From positions 2,320,900-2,384,899 of the forward strand of contig CBDCXM010000009.1 in the NCBI GenBank assembly GCA_965223855.1: a DNA stretch of 64,000 nt. Direction: 5' to 3'. Source of the DNA: Candidatus Multivoradales bacterium (GTDB lineage: Bacteria > Acidobacteriota > Thermoanaerobaculia > Multivoradales > JAHEKO01). Positions 58,983-64,000 of this stretch are shown here, piece by piece. Positions within the stretch are counted from its first letter, which is position 1. Each line of letters starts with the position of its first letter. A program made the translations under genes and the position numbers. The notes beneath the pieces were generated by a model. That model had not been told where the DNA came from, did not search any database, and saw nothing but the letters and a program-made list of their open reading frames with translations.

Positions 58983-59624
58983 TCAGCTTCGCGAGTTCAG
59001 GAGCGCTGCAGCGACGTCTCGAAGACGCTCGAAGTCCCTGACCGAGAACCCGATCACCAGCGCCACCGCCACGTAGGCGAGCCGGCCGTGGAGCAGGGCC
59101 CATCCCTGGGTCGTGCCGCCGACGGAAAGGACGGCGACGAAGAACTGCAGGACGAAGAAGATGAGCACTCCCAGTACCGCGCTGCTCAGGGGGCGCAGGT
59201 AGAGGGGGATCTCGAGTCGTTCCGGCAGGCCGTCCGGCCGCCTGCCGAGACGCAGGAACTCGATCAGGTTCGACAGCGCGCCTCCGGCGGCACCGGCGAC
59301 GAGCATGGTGAGCAGGGTGTTCACGAGCGCGTAGCGCCGCAGCGATTCGTCGAGCTCGGTCAGTGAGCCCTCCGGCGGCAGGTACCAGGCGTAGGAGACG
59401 AGCAGGGCGAGGCCGACCGAGCTCGCCAGGGCCACGGCGGCACTGTAGAGGACGAGCTTGCGACGCCGCGGGTTGGTGAGGATCGGCTCCGGTTCCGGCC
59501 CCGGCGCGGCGACCACCTGGGTCTCGTGCTGCGCCTCGACGGGCTCGTCGTCGACCGCTTCCAAGCGACGTGAGACGACGACCTGAGTCTCCGCGGGATC
59601 TTCCGACCTGGATCTCGAGCTCAT
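58983..59624 (-). CDS. Hypothetical 4-TM membrane protein
   Basis: ATG 59624; AGAAGGALS, LRPLSSAVLG, LVIGFS. Confidence 0.6.
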   Translation of the reverse strand: MSSRSRSEDPAETQVVVSRRLEAVDDEPVEAQHETQVVAAPGPEPEPILTNPRRRKLVLYSAAVALASSVGLALLVSYAWYLPPEGSLTELDESLRRYALVNTLLTMLVAGAAGGALSNLIEFLRLGRRPDGLPERLEIPLYLRPLSSAVLGVLIFFVLQFFVAVLSVGGTTQGWALLHGRLAYVAVALVIGFSVRDFERLRDVAAALLNSRS

Positions 59625-59776
59625 GACAGACCTCTGATTGTGGGATGGGAGAGGCAATGTACCGCCGGAGCGACGGAGAGGTTGTGGCGCAGGGCACAAC
59701 TGAGGTCGGGCCGATGGCCGGCGGTTCGGTTGGCACCGGTAAGATCGCCCGGCACCCCGACCAGAGAGGAGGCCCC

Positions 59777-61540
59777 GTGTCCCGACGCACCGTAGCTTTG
59801 GCCTGCATCGCCCTCGCCGCATTTGCGCTCCCCGTTCATTCCTCGGCCGATGCCGAGTGGGAGGCGCTGGTGGCGCGCTATCTCGACGAGATGCCGTCGT
59901 TCTCGCCGGTCGGCGCGACCGGCCTCGGCGACCACCGGTTCGACGGCGAGCTCGACGAAGTGACTGCGGAAGCGCGCGCCGCATGGGCGGCGTTCGCGAG
60001 GGAGCTGCAGGCCGCGATGGAGACGATCGACCCAGGTGAGCTCTCCCGCGCTCATCAGGTGGACTACTCGCTGCTGGCTCACGATCTGGCGTCGGGTCTG
60101 TGGAGTCAGGAGACGGTCCGTGCCTGGGAGTGGAATCCGGTTCGCTACACGCAGCTGGCCGGTGGTGCCGTCTACTCGCTGATGGCACGCGAGTTCGCTC
60201 CGCTGCCGGAGCGGCTCGCGCGGGTCGCCGACCGGCTGGAGAAGCTGCCTCGCCTCTACGAGCAGGTGCGGGCGACTCTGGTACCCGACCGGGTACCGCC
60301 GGTGCATGCCGAGACCGCGGTGCGGCAGAACCGGGGCGTACTGTCGATTCTCGGCAACATGGTGCGGCCGCAGCTCGATCAGCTCGCCGACGACGAGCGA
60401 TCGAGGTTGGAGGCTGCGATGGAAACGGCCACCGCCGCGGTCGAGGGGCACCAGAGCTGGCTCGAGGAGACGTTGCTGCCGGCGGCCGGGGGTGACTTCA
60501 GGGTCGGGCGGGAGATCTACGATCGGCGGCTCGCGTTCTCCCTCAACACCGAGCTCGGCCGGGAGGAGCTCAAGGAGCGGGCCGAGGCGGAGTTTCGTCG
60601 CATCCGTGCCGAGATGTACGAGGTGGCGAAGGAGATCTACGTGGAGCGCTACCCGCTGGCGAAGCTGCCGGCGGAGCCGGACGAGGCGTTGCAGCAGGTG
60701 GTGATCCGGGCGGCACTAGAAGTCGCCTACGAGGATCTTCCGGCCCGGGACGCGATCGTCGAGACCGCTACGGCGCAGATCGAGCAGGCGACCAGGTTCG
60801 TTCGGGAGAACGACCTGGTGACGGTGCCGGACGACCCGGTCGAGGTGATCCTCATGCCGGAGTTCGCGCGCGGCGTCTCGATCGCCTACTGCGATGCGCC
60901 GGGTCCCCTCGATACCGGTCAGAAGACGTTCTACGCCATCTCGCCGATCCCCGAGGACTGGACCGAGGAGCAGGTGCGCTCGTTCCTCCGCGAGTACAAC
61001 GTCTACTCGATGCAGGACCTCACCATCCACGAAGCGATGCCCGGTCACTATCTCCAGCTCGCCCATTCAGGACGGTATCCGTCGACGCTGCGCGCGGTCC
61101 TGCAGTCGGGTACCTTCATCGAGGGTTGGGGGGTCTACGCCGAGCAGTTCATGGTGGAGGAGGGGTACAACGGCGGCGATCCGCGGCAGAAGCTCATCAC
61201 CCTCAAGTGGCTGCTCAGGTCGGTGACGAACGCCCTCATGGACCAGGCGATCCACGTCGACGGGATGACCCGCGAAGAGGCGATGGACCTGATGGTCGAG
61301 GGCGGCTTCCAGGAGGAGCGGGAGGCCGCGCTCAAATGGGTGAGGGCTCAGCTGAGCTTCGCGCAGCTTTCGACCTACCTGGTGGGATACCTCGAGCACA
61401 TCGATCTGCGGGCGGAAGTCGAGGAGGCCTGGGGTGAGGAGTTCACCCTGGGCAGGTACCACGACCAGGTGCTCTCCTACGGGTCGCCGCCGGTTCGCTA
61501 CGTGCGGGCGCTCGTGCTGGAGCAGCCGATTCCCGATTGA
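59777..61540 (+). CDS. Secreted DUF885-family protein
   Basis: HEAMPGHYLQ, FIEGWGVYAE, STYLVG; GGAGG RBS before GTG 59777. Confidence 0.88.
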   Translation: MSRRTVALACIALAAFALPVHSSADAEWEALVARYLDEMPSFSPVGATGLGDHRFDGELDEVTAEARAAWAAFARELQAAMETIDPGELSRAHQVDYSLLAHDLASGLWSQETVRAWEWNPVRYTQLAGGAVYSLMAREFAPLPERLARVADRLEKLPRLYEQVRATLVPDRVPPVHAETAVRQNRGVLSILGNMVRPQLDQLADDERSRLEAAMETATAAVEGHQSWLEETLLPAAGGDFRVGREIYDRRLAFSLNTELGREELKERAEAEFRRIRAEMYEVAKEIYVERYPLAKLPAEPDEALQQVVIRAALEVAYEDLPARDAIVETATAQIEQATRFVRENDLVTVPDDPVEVILMPEFARGVSIAYCDAPGPLDTGQKTFYAISPIPEDWTEEQVRSFLREYNVYSMQDLTIHEAMPGHYLQLAHSGRYPSTLRAVLQSGTFIEGWGVYAEQFMVEEGYNGGDPRQKLITLKWLLRSVTNALMDQAIHVDGMTREEAMDLMVEGGFQEEREAALKWVRAQLSFAQLSTYLVGYLEHIDLRAEVEEAWGEEFTLGRYHDQVLSYGSPPVRYVRALVLEQPIPD

Positions 61541-61559
61541 GCGAAGGCGTTCCGGAGAA

Positions 61560-62300
61560 TCAGAGCGAACCCGGCTTGCGAAACACCAGCAGGTGCTGTT
61601 GCGGCAGTTCGGTGCGGTTCTCCACGAACTCCAGCCCGACGGCCTCCATCTCGAGGCGGGCCTGGCGTTCGGTCATCTTGTGGAGCTGCAGGATCGCGAC
61701 GTCCGGGTCCTCGGAACGGTACTCGACGAGATAGATCCTCCCGCCCGGTCGTAGCGCCTCGAAGAGCCCCTCCATCATCTCGCGCGGGTGCGAGAACTCG
61801 TGGTACGCATCGACCATTAACGCCGCATCGAGGCTCGCCGGCGGCAGGCCCGGATCCTCGACGGCGCCGAGGACGGTGTCGACGTTGGTCACCCCGAGCC
61901 GGGCGCTCTTGTCCTCGAGGATCGTCAGCATTTCGGGCTGGATATCGACCGCCAGCACCCGCCCTTCGGGTACGAGCGGGCTGAGGCGGAAGGTGAAGTA
62001 GCCGCTGCCGGCACCGATGTCGGCGATCACGTCGTCCGCCTCGACTTCGAGAGCCTCGATCAGGAGGTCGGTCCGTTCCTCCCGCTCCCGCTCCGGGCGC
62101 TCCAGCCAGGCGGCTCCACGGTGACCCATGACGAACGAGATCTCCCGCCCCATGTAGACCTTGCCGATGCCGTCGCGGCTCGGCCGTCTGCTGCCGTAGT
62201 GCGGGGCGGACCCAGCGGCGACGGTAGTTCGGGGTTCCTGTGCCGTGGCGACCGTGGCGAGGCAGATGGCGGCGAGGACGGGGATGGAGTGGCTCCTCAT
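61560..62300 (-). CDS. Secreted class I SAM-dependent methyltransferase
   Basis: IADIGAGSGYF, VLAVDIQPEM, MVDAYHEF. Confidence 0.88.
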   Translation of the reverse strand: MRSHSIPVLAAICLATVATAQEPRTTVAAGSAPHYGSRRPSRDGIGKVYMGREISFVMGHRGAAWLERPEREREERTDLLIEALEVEADDVIADIGAGSGYFTFRLSPLVPEGRVLAVDIQPEMLTILEDKSARLGVTNVDTVLGAVEDPGLPPASLDAALMVDAYHEFSHPREMMEGLFEALRPGGRIYLVEYRSEDPDVAILQLHKMTERQARLEMEAVGLEFVENRTELPQQHLLVFRKPGSL

Positions 62301-62413
62301 GTCCACCCTTTCGCACGAGGCGGGGTTCCGGTTGTGTCCGTGCGCAGAACGTCCGGTCGAGCGGGAAGGAAGGGGTCGTCAGCGGTCCCGGGACGATCCC
62401 GTAGACTCGAGCC

Positions 62414-62992
62414 ATGAGCAGGAAGGGCGGTTGGCTCGCCGGCCCGCAGGTGCTCGGCGTCGCTGCGATCGTGCTGAGCGTCTGTGGTCTGTTCGTGTCG
62501 ATCTACCAGGCCACCCTCGCCCGCCAGGCGCAACGCGCCTCCGTCTGGCCGCACGTCGTCATCGCCCCGTCGCTGAAGGGAGAGAGCCTGCGGCTGTGGG
62601 TGCAGAACACCGGTGTCGGGCCGGCACGGATCGAGACCGCTGTCGCCCGCGTCGACGGCGAGACGGCCTCCGGCTGGAACGAGGTCGTGAGTCGGCTGGA
62701 ACTCCCGCCCGAGGGCGGCCAGGAGAGCTACCGGTCGCTGGTCGGGGGGCGCGTCCTGCCGGCCGGTTCCGACGTGGAAGGGGTGCTCGAGATCAGCGGC
62801 GCCGCATGGGCCAGCGGCTTCTGGACGGCGATTATGGAAGGGCGAGTGGACATCGAACTTTGCTACTGCTCGGTGTTCGAAGAGTGCTGGCTCACCAGGC
62901 TGCAGACGGTCGCCGGCCGGATGCGTGGCGCGCCGGGCGAGTCGGCCCGTGCGGTGAAGCGTTGCGAGGCCGTCGGGAGCAGCGGTATCTAG
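62414..62992 (+). CDS. Membrane-anchored hypothetical protein
   Basis: N-terminal TM, ASVWPHV, NTGVGPARI, CYCSVFEECW. Confidence 0.7.
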   Translation: MSRKGGWLAGPQVLGVAAIVLSVCGLFVSIYQATLARQAQRASVWPHVVIAPSLKGESLRLWVQNTGVGPARIETAVARVDGETASGWNEVVSRLELPPEGGQESYRSLVGGRVLPAGSDVEGVLEISGAAWASGFWTAIMEGRVDIELCYCSVFEECWLTRLQTVAGRMRGAPGESARAVKRCEAVGSSGI

Positions 62993-63029
62993 CAGTCGCC
63001 GATTGCGATCTTCGGGAGATCCTCGGAAC

Positions 63030-63494
63030 TCAGCTCCCGTATTCGTGGGAGCGATCTTCACCCAGCAGATACGAGGCGGCGGAGTCGACGAGGAAGCGGT
63101 CGCGCAGAGCGGTACGGCCGAGCAGCATTCGGAACTCCATCGACTCGCGGTTGGTGAGGCTCAGCTCGATCGGCCACTCGAGTTCCCCCAGGCGGACGTT
63201 GGTTCGCACGAAGGGCCGCGTCTCGGGATGCCCACCCGAGTCGCGCACTTCCCGGAAGTCGGTGACCTCCGCTTCGCAGCGGACGAGGATCTCGTCGGAG
63301 GAGCGCAGCGGCCGCAGGTCGAAGCGCACCCAGTCGCTCGAGTTCCGTCCGAAGACTTCGTAGTCGTGGGTGTGGAGCGCGGAGCTTCGAGCTCCCGTGT
63401 CCACCTTGGCCTTGATCGCGGGGACTCCGAACTCGGGGAGAGCAAGCCACTCGCGCCAACCCACGATCCACTTCTTCGGGGCAGGCTCCGGCAT
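63030..63494 (-). CDS. RimK-associated retropepsin-like putative protease
   Basis: VGWREW, AKVDTGARSSALH, LSLTNRESM, MLLGRTAL. Confidence 0.85.
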   Translation of the reverse strand: MPEPAPKKWIVGWREWLALPEFGVPAIKAKVDTGARSSALHTHDYEVFGRNSSDWVRFDLRPLRSSDEILVRCEAEVTDFREVRDSGGHPETRPFVRTNVRLGELEWPIELSLTNRESMEFRMLLGRTALRDRFLVDSAASYLLGEDRSHEYGS

Positions 63495-63501
63495 GGGAGG
63501 C

Positions 63502-64000
63502 CTAGAAGCTCCAGAATCGGGGGATGAAGATCACCGACATGATCCAGAAGAGGATGCTGAGCGGGATCCCGGTGCGCAGGAAATCGGTGTACTTGTAGCC
63601 GCCGGCGTTGTAGATCATCGTGTTGGTCTGGTAGCCGACCGGGGTGGAAAAGCCGGTCGAGGCGGCGAAGGTGATCGCCATCAGGAACGGTCTCGGATCG
63701 ACGCCGATCTGCTCGGCGGTCGAGATCGCGATCGGTGCCAGCAGGACGGCCGCCGCGTTGTTGCTCATCGTGTCGGTCATGACCGAGGTCATCAGGTAGA
63801 CGACGGCGAGCACCGCGACCGGCCCGAACTCGCCGACCGAGGCGACCGCCTTGCCGGCGATCAGGCCGGCGGCGCCGCTCTTCTGCATGGCGATGCCGAG
63901 CGGCAGGATGCCGCCCAGCAGAAAGATCACCTGCCAGTTGATGGCATGGTAGGCCTCCTCGAGCCGCAGGCAGCGGGTGAGCACGAGTGCCAGGCAGCCG
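63502..64000 (-). CDS. SLC13/DASS-family permease, C-terminal part (5' end outside window)
   Basis: [35 protein letters not shown]. Confidence 0.9.
   Translation of the reverse strand, partial: GCLALVLTRCLRLEEAYHAINWQVIFLLGGILPLGIAMQKSGAAGLIAGKAVASVGEFGPVAVLAVVYLMTSVMTDTMSNNAAAVLLAPIAISTAEQIGVDPRPFLMAITFAASTGFSTPVGYQTNTMIYNAGGYKYTDFLRTGIPLSILFWIMSVIFIPRFWSF

Noticed and set aside
58983-59624. 4-TM protein as a defence membrane effector
   Set aside because: No sensor, cyclase or mobile-element context nearby; hydrophobic pattern alone is insufficient.

Overview
High-GC bacterial chromosome segment. The gene order and protein styles suggest Acidobacteriota, possibly Thermoanaerobaculia-like; this is inference only. 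The window has three parts. (1) 1-11.7 kb is housekeeping: kdsB-pyrG-kdsA-kdsD-kdsC-lpxL, a polyprenyl synthase, lolA, purH, a TusA-family gene and tRNA-Phe. (2) About 11.7-21.8 kb is a visibly less GC-rich, decayed integrative element starting at the tRNA-Phe 3' end. It carries a 5'-truncated coupling-ATPase/nuclease/excisionase fusion joined back-to-back to a 5'-truncated PD-(D/E)XK nuclease. It also has a tyrosine integrase lacking a canonical in-frame start and candidate defence cargo: a 1087-aa SF2 helicase-nuclease, an unknown soluble + 3-TM gene pair, and DUF4365 followed by a truncated HicA-like gene. (3) 22-64 kb is an accessory region rich in secreted proteins. It holds a RAYT-type HUH transposase, a family of intergenic CGGTGACAGG-core REP-like repeats and a 185-bp CTAG-bounded fold-back element. 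Three proteins end in short C-terminal motifs (two DGFESGD, one PVEL). A coupled four-gene operon links two pilin-like proteins and a lipoprotein to a membrane HAMP/HD-GYP phosphodiesterase. All family assignments come from motif recognition; no database searches were run.
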